In this document: piece by piece, positions 17,701 to 31,500 of the stretch
Numbering within the stretch: position 1 is the first letter of the stretch
How the letters are laid out: the number at the start of each line of letters is the position of its first letter
Source: Lenisia limosa
Lineage: Eukaryota > Protista > Breviatea
Assembly: GCA_001655205.1 (NCBI GenBank)
Contig: LPNZ01011015.1
Span: 1-44,349 of the forward strand
DNA length: 44,349 bases
Direction of reading: 5' to 3'
The notes under the pieces: generated by a model
The model's input: the letters and a program-made list of their open reading frames with translations, nothing else
What the model was told of the DNA's origin: nothing
The model's database searches: none
Translations under genes and position numbers: made by a program

Positions 17701-18162
17701 ACAAATCCTCGCTATGCTACACCCACCTCCAACCTGTAAACATGTCCCATGACAGCCGTGAAATTAAAACGGGCTGGCTTGCCTTGAAATGTTCCACTCC
17801 ATTCGTGGCACTTCAGGATCCCATCTCTTCGAGAAGCCTTAAAGAGCGGTAAAGATGACAGGTGTGATAACCTTTCTTGAGTGTTAATTGACCTCCAACA
17901 ACAAAAAAAACAGTGTCAAAACATCAATATTTAAAATAAAAATCAATCCAGTGGGACGGCTTTAGCCAGATACAATTGTTTTATTTCTCATTGTCTAATC
18001 CACTCCTACCTATAGTACTTTCATGGGTTATGGGGAGGCACACAGGTAAGGCAGATAATTAGGAGAATTAATATACAAACCCGCACAAACCCTGTTGTTT
18101 GACAGAATGCCAGAAAGGCTCTCCGCTAAAGACGGTTTTTCCGCCACCATAAGAACTTTCAT
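11747..18162 (-). CDS. TOP3B: DNA topoisomerase III beta (type IA)
   Basis: [13 protein letters not shown] start; [23 protein letters not shown]; [18 protein letters not shown]; [14 protein letters not shown] (TOPRIM); catalytic LISYPRTES; [12 protein letters not shown]; [11 protein letters not shown]; Cys-rich zinc-finger exons ([25 protein letters not shown]); terminal RGG box [18 protein letters not shown]. Confidence 0.95.
15543..15616. repeat. Perfect 37-bp tandem duplication spanning a TOP3B exon 3' end and its splice donor
   Basis: TTCAAGTGGATAGCAATGCCCAGTCCCACTATGTCCC twice (15543-15579 and 15580-15616). Confidence 0.95.
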
Positions 18163-18510
18163 AATAGGATTTCAGAGGTGAACGGCGCAATCTTCAATGA
18201 ACCTTAGTTTATCATTAATCTGATCAAATATTTCTTAAAATAAAAGCTTAGAAGGGTGCGGTGGCAGTCTCTGCAGTAAGTTACTCACCCTATAAGTCCT
18301 CTATTTACCTCTTAATCTGACAAAATGCTATTAAATTAGTATGAATCACTCGATTTCGGTGCTTAGAGCCCCTAAAATCGGAAATTTGAAAGAACAAAAA
18401 AATGCAATAAATGAAAAAACATATTCTGTTAAAATCGGAAATTGGTGATTTTTGAGAAGAAAAAAAAACTACTATTCTGAAGATATTTGAAGAGCTTAAT
18501 TTCGACTGAA

Positions 18511-18583
18511 GCCTGGTTAGCTCAGCTGGTAGAGCGTGCGGCTTTTAACCGTACGGCCGTGGGTTCGAGCCCCACATCAGGCG
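18511..18583 (+). tRNA. tRNA-Lys(UUU), intronless, copy 1
   Basis: Cloverleaf: acceptor GCCTGGT/ATCAGGC, D arm GCTC/GAGC, anticodon stem TGCGG/CCGTA with loop CT-TTT-AA, T arm GTGGG-TTCGAGC-CCCAC. Confidence 0.97.
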
Positions 18584-18585
18584 GA

Positions 18586-18592
18586 TTTTTTT
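18586..18592 (+). terminator. RNA polymerase III terminator (T7 run)
   Basis: TTTTTTT starting 3 nt after the tRNA 3' end. Confidence 0.8.
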
Positions 18593-18826
18593 GTTTTGTT
18601 TTTGAGTTTGTCACGGCGGCGCGAAAATTGTTTCCATGCTTTCATTCATTTTTATTGCCTCTTTACCTCTTTAATATATTCACAAATTACACACGAATTG
18701 CACACGACAATCTGTAAAAGTCAACAAATCACTCCCCTCCTCTTCCCAGAGATCTCTTTGTCCTTAACCTTTCCTTCCTCAATTTTCTCCTCTTGCTGGT
18801 TGGTTTGAAGTGGTGAACAAGTGAGA

Positions 18827-21800
18827 ATGTGTGCGGAGCCAGTCAACAATGGGGAAAAAAAGCGTCGTCCTCATTGGCAGAAGAAGAAGCCAAGAGCAAA
18901 AGAAACAGAAACGGAGAAAATGGAATTAACTCTGAGTGAAGAAGTGGACCGCTGGGGAACGGAAGAGAAATCTCTAATGGGTGCTGCACCTTTCAAACAG
19001 ACTGCAATGAAGAAATCTCTTCCTCAAAATTCTCAGAAGTATGTTGGCTACGTGTGATATCCTGAATGCTTGAGTTTTTGAACAATATTGTAATTGTCCC
19101 TTTGAGAGTCAAGATGTGTTGTTGCACTTTTTTTTTGAATACATTGAGCTTATTCTCTTCCATGTTTACATTTCCAGCCACCAACAACTGCTGCAGGAGC
19201 AGAAGCCACAACCAAAGATAGAGACCAACCCCAATGTGGTTTTGAAAACCGTTTTTTTGGAAACTGTTTCTATAGCATCACGTATGTCAGGAAGATTGGG
19301 AATTCACATATCTTACGTTGGTATATTGTTGTAGTTAATGCTGTGAATTTCTTTATTTTGCCCATATTGTCCTTAAATGGGATATGGCATTCATTTTTTA
19401 AAAAAATAAATCTGAGTAGGCAATGCCTTCACATCAAATTATACCTATCATATATTTAAAAATACAAATTGCTCTCAACTGTTATCCCAGAATACCCGGT
19501 CTTTGTGGCAGAGATTCCCTGCCAAGTTGTCGAATTACCTCATAAAAGTAAGTGGGAAGAGATAAAGATATAATTACTACTATTTGATCATATGATATTA
19601 TTAGTGTATTGATATACTTTAATAGCTATATTATATATATGTCAGCCGGAGAGTTGCCACTACCCGGCCCGTGGTTGCTTTATGGTTGTTTGTGTAGGTG
19701 TTGGTGAGAGGTCTGTTACTTTACTCTAGTTTTACGATATCAGAAATATTTATTATGTCCCCCTTTTCCCCAAAAAACGAGGGATCCAAGAAGGTAGCTA
19801 GGGCCTGAGTAGACCAGAATACTGGTAGTATTGCAATAGTGGTAACACCGCAGTCCACATATCATATCTATATAATATATATAGTATATATAATATCATT
19901 TCATATATATATATCATGTATTTCCCCGTCCACAAAAACCAGTGCTTTTTGGATAAATTGGTGCTTTTTGGGTTTTACGAGAATTTTTAAAAAAGAACAA
20001 AATAATCAAGTCAAAAATGACCTTCCATNNNNNNNNNNNNNNNNNNNNNNNNNNNNNNNNNNNNNNNNNNNNNNNNNNNNNNNNNNNNNNNNNNNNNNNN
20101 NNNNNNNNNNNNNNNNNNNNNNNNNNNNNNNNNNNNNNNNNNNNNNNNNNNNNNNNNNNNNNNNNNNNNNNNNNNNNNNNNNNNNNNNNNNNNNNNNNNN
20201 NNNNNATGTGCAGCTGTTCGAAATTCTGGTTTTTTCGGTAATTTCTCATGTTTATGCTTTGAAATATAATATGATGCAAAAATATGCTCCTTTGAATTCA
20301 GTCACCAAATAAACCAAAAGGAATTTAACGTAAAAATTTGGACTTTTTAGTAGAGCTTTATGTGTCCTCTCTTCTACTTTCACAAGAATTTTGAAACTGA
20401 AAAAGCGTAACGTTGAATGGACTTTGACAGCTTAGGAATCCTATGCCCTCTGGAGTTTTACAAGGCCGTTTCTCAGGTTACAGGCATCAAACAAAACGAC
20501 CTGGTGGGCAATTATTACACTGAAACATCGCACACACGTATTTGCACCAAGATGCTTACACAAATCTGAAATGGTACCATATTATATTAAAATAGATGCT
20601 ACAATTTTGTCTCTCTTAGATAAAATGACGCATAGTATAGATATGAATATCATATACTGTGATATCATATCAAATGATATTATTTTATGTCACAGTTTCT
20701 GTGCCTTTCCTACTTTTCATCTTCGATTTATTACCCTTCATAGACAGTTGTACTTTCTGGTGAGTGTCTCAACAAAATGTCATTAAGTGATGCATTCAAC
20801 ACTGGTTCAGTCCCAGTGTTCAAATGCATGGATATGTCAAAAGCAAACTGTGGGTTTGAAACAGCTTCATTAACTACATTCTCGGTTTTTCTTCTTTCTT
20901 TGGTCTTTATGATTATTCAGTCACACCGATTGAGCTGAAGGTACATGCTCCACTTTTCGAAGAAAATGTTAGGCCTCTGAAAGGGCCAATCAAACAACCA
21001 AACATAAACCTGAAAATGGAGCAGCTCTCTGTTAAAATGGTTGGTGCAAAATACAAATCAATTTATGCCTTTGCCTCATCTGAGTATTTCACGAATTAGA
21101 CCGAAAGTGTGGAGAGCCCCTCTTCCATGCACGTCGTCTTCAAAACAATGACTGGAAACTCCTTTACAATACCGGTATGTTAACTATAATTTATTAAATA
21201 CTCGTGTAGTAAGTAGTATATGTGATTTGATATTCACTACAATGCTTTATCATTAATATCTGATAGTAGTATTTATATCATGTGTGTGTATTATATGTGA
21301 ACATGGGAACTACAATGGTTATTGTCTGATAAGCACACAATAAGCTCCATGTTGACTGATGCATTTTCAGGTTAACCCCAGAGAGCCAATCTTGAAGGCC
21401 TGTTTGAAGGTAGCTCGAAACGGTTGGTGGCGGGTTAATGTCTTTGGATTAAGATTCATTTACTTTTTCAGAGACATTGGGCCCGAATATCCTTTTCCTT
21501 TCCAAAGTTAAAGGGAAAAATGTTACGGTTGACTTAAACGTATGTGAGAATTATTTGCTGTACAGTGTACGTATTTTCATCAGATTGATATGATATGCAT
21601 ATCATATACATTATAACTGGCTTTGTAATAATATTGATAAGGTTTGGTGTAGTAATATTGATAAGGTATGGGGTGGTATATCAAACATATCATATATATT
21701 GTTACATGAGACACAATTCATATTACATACTTCGCTATTATTATACTTGGCCGTTTATACATTCAGGCCGAGGCTCAATTATTCGATTCAAAGAAAGATA

Positions 21801-24800
21801 TGGTGATCTTCATCCAACAAGGTCTCAAATGCAACTTGAAAGAAGAAATGAAATCGGCTGAATCTGGCAGCTTAATGAGTCTCTTTAGAGTTCTTCTTGG
21901 ATCTTCTTCAAATGTCGAACTTATGACGGTTTGAGTGTTATTTATTTTTTTCTTTTATTATGAATCATATTTTATTTTATTACTATTTAGCTTATTAAGA
22001 AGTGCAGTGATAATATTCTTGAACAATTAGCAAGCCTTCAGGTCCTTGAAAACGATTTCGTAGGGGAGTCACATGCTCAGAATATCACAGTCGTCACCAT
22101 ATAGGCATTCTCATTTGTTCCAGATTATTTCCATTCCCGAGAGTATGGTCCGCCAACGCAACCATATGGTTATCCACAACACTCATCTCTTTAGTGAGTC
22201 TGAAGTGAGATGGGAGTGGTTGTTTTGTTTTAATTCATATTACTAGAAATTGAGTTTATCCTCTTAAATATGGGGAGATAACCTATGGAAGATTAATTTT
22301 TCTTTTCGGGTAGATAATTTCCCCCTTTGTTTCAGTTTCAGTTTTATTTCTTAAGATAATTACATCAATCCGATACTTCGGGCATAAGCTCTCCTCCCCA
22401 AACAGTGCCGCAGTTCTCAGAGCTGCTAAGGCTCTTCCGAACTTCAAGGTTAGATAGTTGCAATTAACAAATGGACTTTCTGTAGTGCTACTTGATATTT
22501 ATTTTTGATAACATTTTTTCACGTCAACAGCACAGTAAAGTGATAGCAAAGATCACTTTGGACGCTCTCGAAAAAGGCAATGTGGACTTTGTGGCTGAAG
22601 TTATGAATGCTGGCCTTAAATTTACAAATAACCAATCCGAGGTTCGATTGGGGTTTTGAACGAGATCAACATTTCATGTCATTACCATCTAGGACTACGA
22701 CTTCTCAGCCACTTTCTGGGACATGCTTCACGAGAAAATTGCATTATTTGTGGACCACAAGTCTGATTTCCTGTTCACCGCATACGGTCATCAAATGCTC
22801 TCTTTCAAAGCTATGGTGGGTGTAATAGGCATGGGTTAGTTTGAACTCAGAGCAAGTAGCAATTTTGACTAAATGGACGTTCTGACAAGAGCTTCCCAAA
22901 GGCCCGAACAAAAATTTCTTCTCGCTATTTTCATGAAAAAATATGTCATATCTTTTGAAGACCCTTTTGTGACTGAGGACTCCCAAGTTCTTTCTTATTT
23001 ATCACCCAGTGGTCGCTCTACCTTGCAACAAAGGATGAATCTTTCGGCTTAGAAGTCACAAAATCAGCGCCAATTCCCTTAAAGGTGATAACCCCTTTCT
23101 GTTTAGCAACCAGAACTGACCCTGTTCCTGAAAACCCCCGTTCCCTCTTTCTAATAAATTAGGATGTAGACAATCCCATCAACCAAGCTATGGACCTACG
23201 CCATTTCAAGGTAATCAAAAGCTTGGTCAAAGATTGTGGATGCGACATAGACAGTTACAAAACCAAAGAGCCAGAACCACAAAAGGTGTGATGGGATCTT
23301 ACCAATACACAACAAACAACAATTCTGGTCTCTTGAAGTTTGACTTTTTAGGACATACTATATGGACGTTCTTTACAACCAACCACAAAACCTGAAGTAA
23401 GTGGTTTTTGAGACATGGTGATATTTTAGAAAATTCAAAAATCTGAATCGATTTATGAAATAATTTGGTGACATTTTTATTTCTTACAATGAATCACTTT
23501 TTAGATGCACAAAGTACCACTCTTAATCGCAGCAATGAAGAATGATATCAAAATGGCGGTGCTCTTGATTCAACTTGGAGCAGATGTCAATTTCAATTCC
23601 AAAAATGGTTCCTCCAACATGAAAGGTACTCACAACACTCCTCTCACAGCTGCATCATTCTATGGCCACAGTGAAATGATTGTTTTACTGGTGGAGAATG
23701 GAGCAACGCTTGATATGGTATGAACAATTCGAGGTTTTCATAAAATTATCTCACTCAACCAAAGATATTAATATTACATAGTTTTATTCAACAAAGAATA
23801 GAGTTTTCTCTTGTGTTTATTGGTATTTTATAGGCGGAGGTCGTTATTGACTCCATCATCAACAGCAACGTGGCAACTCTCCGATTCATCATAGCTAATG
23901 CAAACGGGACCAAGCTTCACAGCATACTTCAGAAGGTTGGCCTCTTTGCTCTGATATTTTACACGAAATTACAAAAAGCACTTCATCTTATAAGTTATTA
24001 GCATGTCACAGCAACTGGAGGTGTCCTCAACCGAGGAAATTCCATGTGGATTGACACCGATCAAAACCTGAATGTAGGCTACAGCATTGAAATGAATAAT
24101 GGTGAATTATGTGAGCGTGGGAAACAATCGCTGGCATGAGAATATGATTTAGGGACAAAAGCAGATACTTTGTGCGCCATTTTTTGAGTGGTCAAATGAA
24201 CATCAGATGGACTTTTGTTGGTTAGAGAGCCCCTGAGTGGACAACTTTTTTTAAAAAAACAATACTTTTCTTTTTTACTTGAGTGATCACCCTTCTTTTT
24301 CTTTCTCTCTGTTCTCTTCATTTAACTTAGAATTGTAATATTGAGAAAAATCCAAAAAAGCACCTTTTGCTTTAGGCCCGCTTTGATGTATGATATAGGA
24401 TGAGACTATGCTCTAGGTATGTATATACATGTAGTATTATCATATGGTATGATATAATACATGTAGTATAATCTTCATCGCAGGTTCAATACCGCAATAG
24501 TCAAGAAATAATAGGGACCCTTCTCCATCTAGCCTGCAGAAGGAACACCTCAGATGAAATCCTCGAGATTCTGCTTCAACATTTCAATGTCAATATCACA
24601 GATCAGGTAATGTGGGTTTCTTTGTACTGGGAATTTTCTGTGAAGAGATCGATTCATAAGATTGAGCCACGTTTGTGGGCTTTATTCACAATTCAGATGT
24701 CTATTACTCCCCTCTATGAGGCGGTTCAACACAACCAATTAGGAGTAGCAAGATTCCTCATAAGGAACCATGCGGACGTCAATGTCCAATCTGTTCGTGT

Positions 24801-25029
24801 TTCACCATTTGGGCATTTATCCACCTAGAATGGCGTTCCCATCTTCAGCTATGCTGCACCTAACTCTGAAATGCGGACACTGCTTTCTCCCCATGTCAAC
24901 CAACAAGTTCAGGCTCAATATGCGTAAGAGTTTTGAATTGATTACTGTTTTAGACGTTTCAGACAACAGCAAGGACAGCAAATACAAGATCCTCCGAAAA
25001 TGAAGCCGAGATCAATGAAATACACTTAG
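18827..25029 (+). CDS. Multi-exon protein with a divergent ubiquitin-like segment and C-terminal ankyrin repeats (could be two genes)
   Basis: Ubl-like exons MHVVFKTMTGNSFTIP/VNPREPILKACLKV (21100-21422). Ankyrin-like exons: PINQAMDLRHFKVIKSLVKDCGCD, VPLLIAAMKNDIKMAVLLIQLGADVN, TPLTAASFYGHSEMIVLLVENGA, TLLHLACRRN, TPLYEAVQHNQLGVARFLIRNHADVN. Last exon reads QQQGQQIQDPPKMKPRSMKYT*. Confidence 0.75.
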
Positions 25030-25271
25030 TTTAGGATGTTTGATATTTTACTATGAACTTCTCCCACTTTGCCTCTCCATGGGCTACATTTCATACGGAC
25101 TGGAGGGAGGGTGATCTCTTCTGGAGAGGTGAGCGGTCTGGGCAGCGGGTAAACAGACTAGATAGAGTGAGGCGGCGTGATGGTGATTACTTATCAAGTG
25201 CCCGAAAAATAAGCGCATTTTTTTGGATCACGTATTTAAGTCACAATGAAAGCTTAGGATATTCATCTGAA

Positions 25272-25344
25272 GCCTGGTTAGCTCAGCTGGTAGAGCGTGC
25301 GGCTTTTAACCGTACGGCCGTGGGTTCGAGCCCCACATCAGGCG
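25272..25344 (+). tRNA. tRNA-Lys(UUU), copy 2, identical to copy 1
   Basis: 73 of 73 nt identical to 18511-18583, with the same cloverleaf. Confidence 0.97.
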
Positions 25345-25346
25345 GA

Positions 25347-25352
25347 TTTTTT
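25347..25352 (+). terminator. RNA polymerase III terminator (T6 run)
   Basis: TTTTTT immediately downstream of tRNA copy 2. Confidence 0.8.
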
Positions 25353-25527
25353 CCCCCTTTTTTCTTTCCTTTTTTTTTCACCATGGAGAGAGAGTATTTT
25401 GATATTTAATTGTTCCAAGGAAACTGGAAGATCCATGTAAAAACCATTAGCTACAAAAGTACAACAACAACAATGGTACAATAACACAACATAACAATAC
25501 AAAAAGCAATAAAATACAAAGATAGAT

Positions 25528-28500
25528 CTAATAAACCACAACGCCAATGCGAGACTGTTCATTTTGGAGAACTTTGTCGTGATCGGCAGTCAATACCTAA
25601 ACAAGTAAATATGACGTAGGAAATACTGAAATATAGGGAAGGGGGTATCAAAAAAACTACATATTTTTAACTCACCAGAAGAAGATCATTAGCCTCCGCT
25701 CGCTCAATAGCAAAAATACGCTCAAGTCTGAAACAATCAGAAAAAGAAGACCTAGAAATAGCTGAAAGCGAGGTGCACCTTTTGGAGATAATGCTCCTAA
25801 CCTACCCCCCGTAAAAATTTGTTCAATTCAAGTTCAATTAAATAAAACTTGCATTCCCGAGAAGGAAGGCCCAAGAGAGCACGAAGACCCTCTGTTTCAG
25901 AGAAGCCAAGATTGGATGGAGATTTGGAGACTTTCTTCTTTTGGTGGGGCAAATTCCTGATTTCTCGATGTCCTATGCATCTCTTTCTCTTTCCTCTTTT
26001 CAAATGATTGTATCTTTCAATAACAATCAATTCAAAGAGCAAAGGATAGAGATCAGGAAATTGTTTGAGATAACCCAAAAAAGAAAAATGAGAGAACAGT
26101 TCTCTTTGAATTTTGTATTTTTGTATTAACTTGTACAAGACTCGAACCCAAAAAGTTCGATGCACATCTCGCTTTAATACAAACCATCTCAGGGAAAACA
26201 ATAGTCAATTATCATTCATTATAAAAATGCTAAAGTGAATAATAAAAAGATATCTGCAGTTAAAACAAATAAACTTCATACTGTAAGCTGCTATCCAACC
26301 GAGAAACTTCCTTTGCGCTGTCAGCGTGCTGGGCAAGAATTCCGTTTCGCTCAGACTCCTTCTTCTGCTCCTTCTGCAGGAACTGCAAGAGATGTTTATT
26401 CTGTGTGGCCTTGAGCTTTTTGATGTAGGCTACCCGGTCGCTTTTAGAAGCCGTGTTACCAGGTGCTGAAATGGGTCAAGATTTATAATGATATCGGTTT
26501 TTAGGTTTATTAAGTATTTCTCCAGAAAGCCTCGTAGCGAGAAATCACTTTTAAAAAACAAAGTGCGCGCTTCTTATCAAACTTGTTGGCTTTTATACAA
26601 AAAAGTTGGATTACGAACTTTACAACGGGAAATTATCGATAGGTAATCTATCTTTGAACTAGACAGAACAGCTGTGAAGCCCTACTCACGCGGTACCCCA
26701 TATGTGACATCAGTAGAAGGGGCTTGTCTTGGCGGACTTCCAGCTAATTCTTCAACCTCCATTTGTGTGGCCTGCGGTGGTATCTTCTCAGGGCTTCTGT
26801 GGGAGTGATTGCTATGCTTATTTCACACATCAATACTGATCTGAGTTACAAATAGGGCAAGCTGTTCCATCATATTGCTTGAAGCTTTGACATACCAATA
26901 TTAAAATCACAATTGCCATCAGGCCCCCGGATGCAGCATACCGCTGTACTTGGTTTCGGGTCCGCGGTGAAGGCGACGTCCTCGTCTGTGGGGCTTTCGA
27001 CCTGGGTTCTCTTCCTTGGGTAGCTGACCTTAAAAGCATATAAGAGACTGTGGAATACTCACTGCCATACATGCCCCTCCACTGTGCTGAAGGCTTATTC
27101 CTACCCCCCATTAGAATACAGAGTACCCCCACTGGATTGAAGGTTGGGACCTTGACGACTTCATTTGCGATACTGAACCGGTCTAAAACAGTAAAGACGT
27201 TAAGCAAGTCAAGAGCAGAAAGATAGTCGGACTAATATTACATTACACTAAATCGTCTGTCTCAATTGATAACAGCCAAGTCATTGCTTGTCCACAGTTG
27301 TTACAAGACCTACATTTCGAGGACCTGGTGAAACACTTCTTCGTCTTCTCGAGGTGCTTGCTGATTTCGGCCTAAACAGTAAAGTCTCACATTACATTCA
27401 TGTACGTACATACATGTAAAGTACATGCCTTTGTTTTAAAACAAGAATATAATAGACCGCAAAATTATTAATTCAACGCCAGAAAGATAACAAACCTCCG
27501 GATAGATGCTGAATTCGAGCGATCTAAAAAGGTAATAAAAGAGGGATATTTGGAGGTTAGAGGGGCGGTATTAACTGAAAGCGGAAAACCCACTGTATAC
27601 ACATTGCACAATAACCCGCTTTTCAGTCATACATGATGATCTTGGTTGATACTCTCCATCTTCGTCTTCGGGTGGCAGAACCTCGTTCAAAATGCTGAAT
27701 AGTAAAACTACAAGAGGATGCCATAATTTGATATTTTACAGCCTTCACCTCAGTCAAAGAAGGGGGAGGTCTACGAGCTAACGAGAAGAGAAGTTGGAAT
27801 TTTTTGGGTTGAGACCCTCATACTCATCAACAGATCTTGTAGACGCTTTGTTTGATTTAAGTAGGCTGTTGACCGAGGCTTCCAGGTGCGAAGTGTCCAT
27901 GGTGGATTGATGGCTAATACTCTGGCGCTGCAGGGTGACGGGGGGGGGGGGTANNNNNNNNNNNNNNNNNNNNNNNNNNNNNNNNNNNNNNNNNNNNNNN
28001 NNNNNNNNNNNNNNNNNNNNNNNNNNNNNNNNNNNNNNNNNNNNNNNNNNNNNNNNNNNNNNNNNGAAGACATCAATGGTAGGTAGTAAACGTATAAACA
28101 ACTCTCAAAAAATATCAAAGCAAATAAAATACAAACATGAAGACAGCAATAACCTGCCAATCTAAACCCACTTTTCTATTGACTGCTTCCTTCCGTTTGC
28201 TGACTTCTGCTGCACGAATATCCGCCTCCTAGAACAAATCAGTACAAGGCAATATTATGATGGTCGGCTGGATAATTTGCTGTAATAATAATTAAATTTG
28301 AAGAGACTAACAACATAACATGAATCTAATAAATACTATTGAGTGTACAGGAACAACAAAACTGTCTTAAAGAAACCNNNNNNNNNNNNNNNNNNNNNNN
28401 NNNNNNNNNNNNNNNNNNNNNNNNNNNNNNNNNNNNNNNNNNNNNNNNNNNNNNNNNNNNNNNNNNNNNNNNNNNNNNNNNNNNNNNNNNNNNNNNNNNN

Positions 28501-31500
28501 NNNNNNNNNNNNNNNNNNNNNNNNNNNNNNNNNNNNNNNNNNNNNNNNNNNNNNNNNNNNNNTGGCGTGTTTGATGCGCTCCTCTTGCTTGAGTCTCGCC
28601 ATTTCTCGGCCCATGGCTGCCTGCTCCATTCGTTGCTGCACGATCATTCGATAGAAACGTGGGGATGATATGTCAGAGTCCAAACTCAATGTCACGGGAC
28701 ACAAAAAGCCAAACGTATTGATGGGACTCACGGTGAACAAAATAGTGGGGGAAATTACGGATCTAAGCCAATGCAATAACACCAATNNNNNNNNNNNNNN
28801 NNNNNNNNNNNNNNNNNNNNNNNNNNNNNNNNNNNNNNNNNNNNNNNNNNNNNNNNNNNNNNNNNNNNNNNNNNNNNNNNNNNNNNNNNNNNNNNNNNNN
28901 NNNNNNNNNNNNNNNNNNNNNNNNNNNNNNNNNNNNNNNNNNNNACACAAAAATACTGACGAACTGATAACAACAAAGTTTCCAAGAACAATAAAACACA
29001 AAATTACTGACGAACTGATAACAACAAGGTTTCCAGAACCATACTTGGTGATTGTTCGCTCAAAGTCCTTCTCAAGTGCTCTTTCTCGCCTTTCTTCACG
29101 AATTCGGGTCTTCTCGGCACTGAAAAGTTAATGACAGCAAAATAATAGAGGCGTCTCGAGCTTTGATAGGTTACCAAATGTAATATCGATATGTAGTAAG
29201 ATAGTACTGTGTCATAATTGTATATCATGTATAATAAATAATAGTATATGATCTACAATTATGACACAGTACTCATACTTTGATAGTTAAACCCTCCATA
29301 TCCACATTCGAAATAATATATTTTAGGACTCTTTTGAGTCATAAACTATTCATCACCCCCAAGACTAGACCCCCCCGCCTCTGGGATCGTCGTTGTGCAG
29401 CCTGTTCCTCCAGCACACTACGGTGCCGCATTTCAGCTGCTGACTGCTTGTCAAGGAGCGCCTGTAGCTTCGCGTTCTATACAGTCAAGGATTGCCCTTT
29501 GTTGAGCAGTGATCCTCTTTTCAATCGGAAAGCTACTGACGACTATCTTCCTTAGAACCAATAATGCTCGATCGATTTAGATCAGAGAGAAAACGGTAAT
29601 CGCAAGCACCCCCAATACCTCAGCAATGCGTCTCTTTTCTTCTCGCTCTGAAAGATTCTCTTCTAGTCGCTAAGAGTGTCAACAGTGAACATGTAAGCAA
29701 CATTTCCCCGATCAGCCCCATATAACGGACTGACTCACCATTCTTGCGTTCCGCGCTCTCTCAATTGCTTGCTGCTGCATCAGCTCTTGCTCCTGTCGGA
29801 AGGCAATCTAAGGCAATGAACGGTACGTTAGTTGTATGGTAGTGGGGACATGAATACTGTGCAAAACAAGTAGTATCTTAACACTGAATGGGATTCAAAT
29901 ATCGCACCCTCAGCCATATATTGCATACCTGTTTTTCTTCGGCTTCTCTCATCTTCTTTTCTACCTCTCTCGCCTGATGCTCTTTCACCATTTCAGCATG
30001 CATGAGCTTCTGGATTGTCAAGCAAAGCTCGGAACTGAACAGACTGGGAGTAAGAAACCCGTACCTGTTCCCTTTCCAGATGCTTTTCCTGGGCCCTCTC
30101 CTTCTTCTCCTGAAGCTGAATTTCGCGACGACGCTATATCCGTTATCACATCCAAGGTACAATGAGTGGACACTATATCTGTTATCACATCCACGGTTCA
30201 ATGAGAGGAACAATGAGTTGAAAAGGCCCAAATACAACGACAGACCTTTAAGTTTGCTTCACGCTTGGCAAGTTCTATTTGTCGCACCAGCTGCTTTCTC
30301 CTTGTCTCTCTAAACAAGGTAAAAGGCCGCTTCGAAAAACAAAAGTAAGACTGATCAGGTTAAATGTTATATTGCCGAAAGCCACTGACTTTTGGTTGAC
30401 TTCGATTTGATGGATTCTTTCGGCCTGTCTTTGAGCATTTTGCTTCTGTTGTTCATGTTGACGTTGTTTGTGGTGCTCCTATGATGTCAAAAAGAAAGGC
30501 GGGTCTAGTGAGCACACACAGCGATTGGAATATCAGAGAAACCATTTCAATTCTTGGAGTGGAAAACAAAACCGGATTATCACAGCAGACCTCCTTCTCC
30601 CTTCGCCGCTCATCAGCTCTCAGACGGACTTCTTCGTCATCAATCTGCTTCCTTCGTTGCTGCATAACCCAAATCTTGTGCTGTTCCGCCCGCTGCTCAA
30701 GTCTCCTCCTCTGTTACATGAGCTCGAAGGTTTTTCTAATTGATTCCAACGAAGAATGGCACTTTGTGGTTAATTTTCGCCAACCGCTTTTTCCGCCTTT
30801 TGGGCGCCGGCCTCAGCCTGCAGGGCACGCCGCCGGATGTCCTCCTCCTCCCGCTGTCTCTGACGCTGCTCCTGGAGACAATAAAATCCCAACATTTTAT
30901 TACGACAAGGGATGACACAGCTTATTAAGATATTAGAGAGCTACTTGAGATGATAAATATCAAGATCCACGCACTGCTTTCTCTTCCTTCTGTTTGGCAA
31001 CAATGGTCTGAGTTAAAGACTTTCTCAGCTGTTCCCTCTGTCGCCTTCGGGCTGCTGCTAGAGCTTGTTGCTCCTAAAATATGACTGCGTTAGAAAAGGT
31101 CCTCAATTTCACAAATTACAGATAAGACAGATACCCAGGTCAAGATGAAAGCAATTAGACAATAAAGGCAACCCCAACGCACCATCTTCTGAATGGAGGC
31201 CTCAGTGGCGTCTTCATCTTGGCCTCTGCCAAGTGAGTCCCAAAAGAAGTCAAGATTGCTTTTTATTGAAATGGAAGAATCTTGTGAGTAGGAGGCAGAA
31301 AACAAGTCATCTATTGATCGGTTGGAATGTCGATATACTATATAATATCCTCAACAAAGCCCCCCTTCACACCCATAGTAGTTTCCTGAAGATGCCATTC
31401 GACATCTCTGTCGTTCTTCCATTGCTTTAGATAAAAGGGCTGAACAGGTCAATCCAGCCTTGGGCAAAACGCAGTTTTGTTAAAGAAGCTATTGTAAGCA

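Noticed and set aside
18487-18808. ORFs overlapping the tRNA genes (also 25053-25409)
   Set aside because: Incidental frames through the tRNA and its T-rich flanks.
19930-20330. Possible interspersed repeat with GTGCTTTTTGG motifs (similar motifs at ~24352 and ~44136)
   Set aside because: A gap interrupts it and no TIR or TSD could be defined, so support is too weak.
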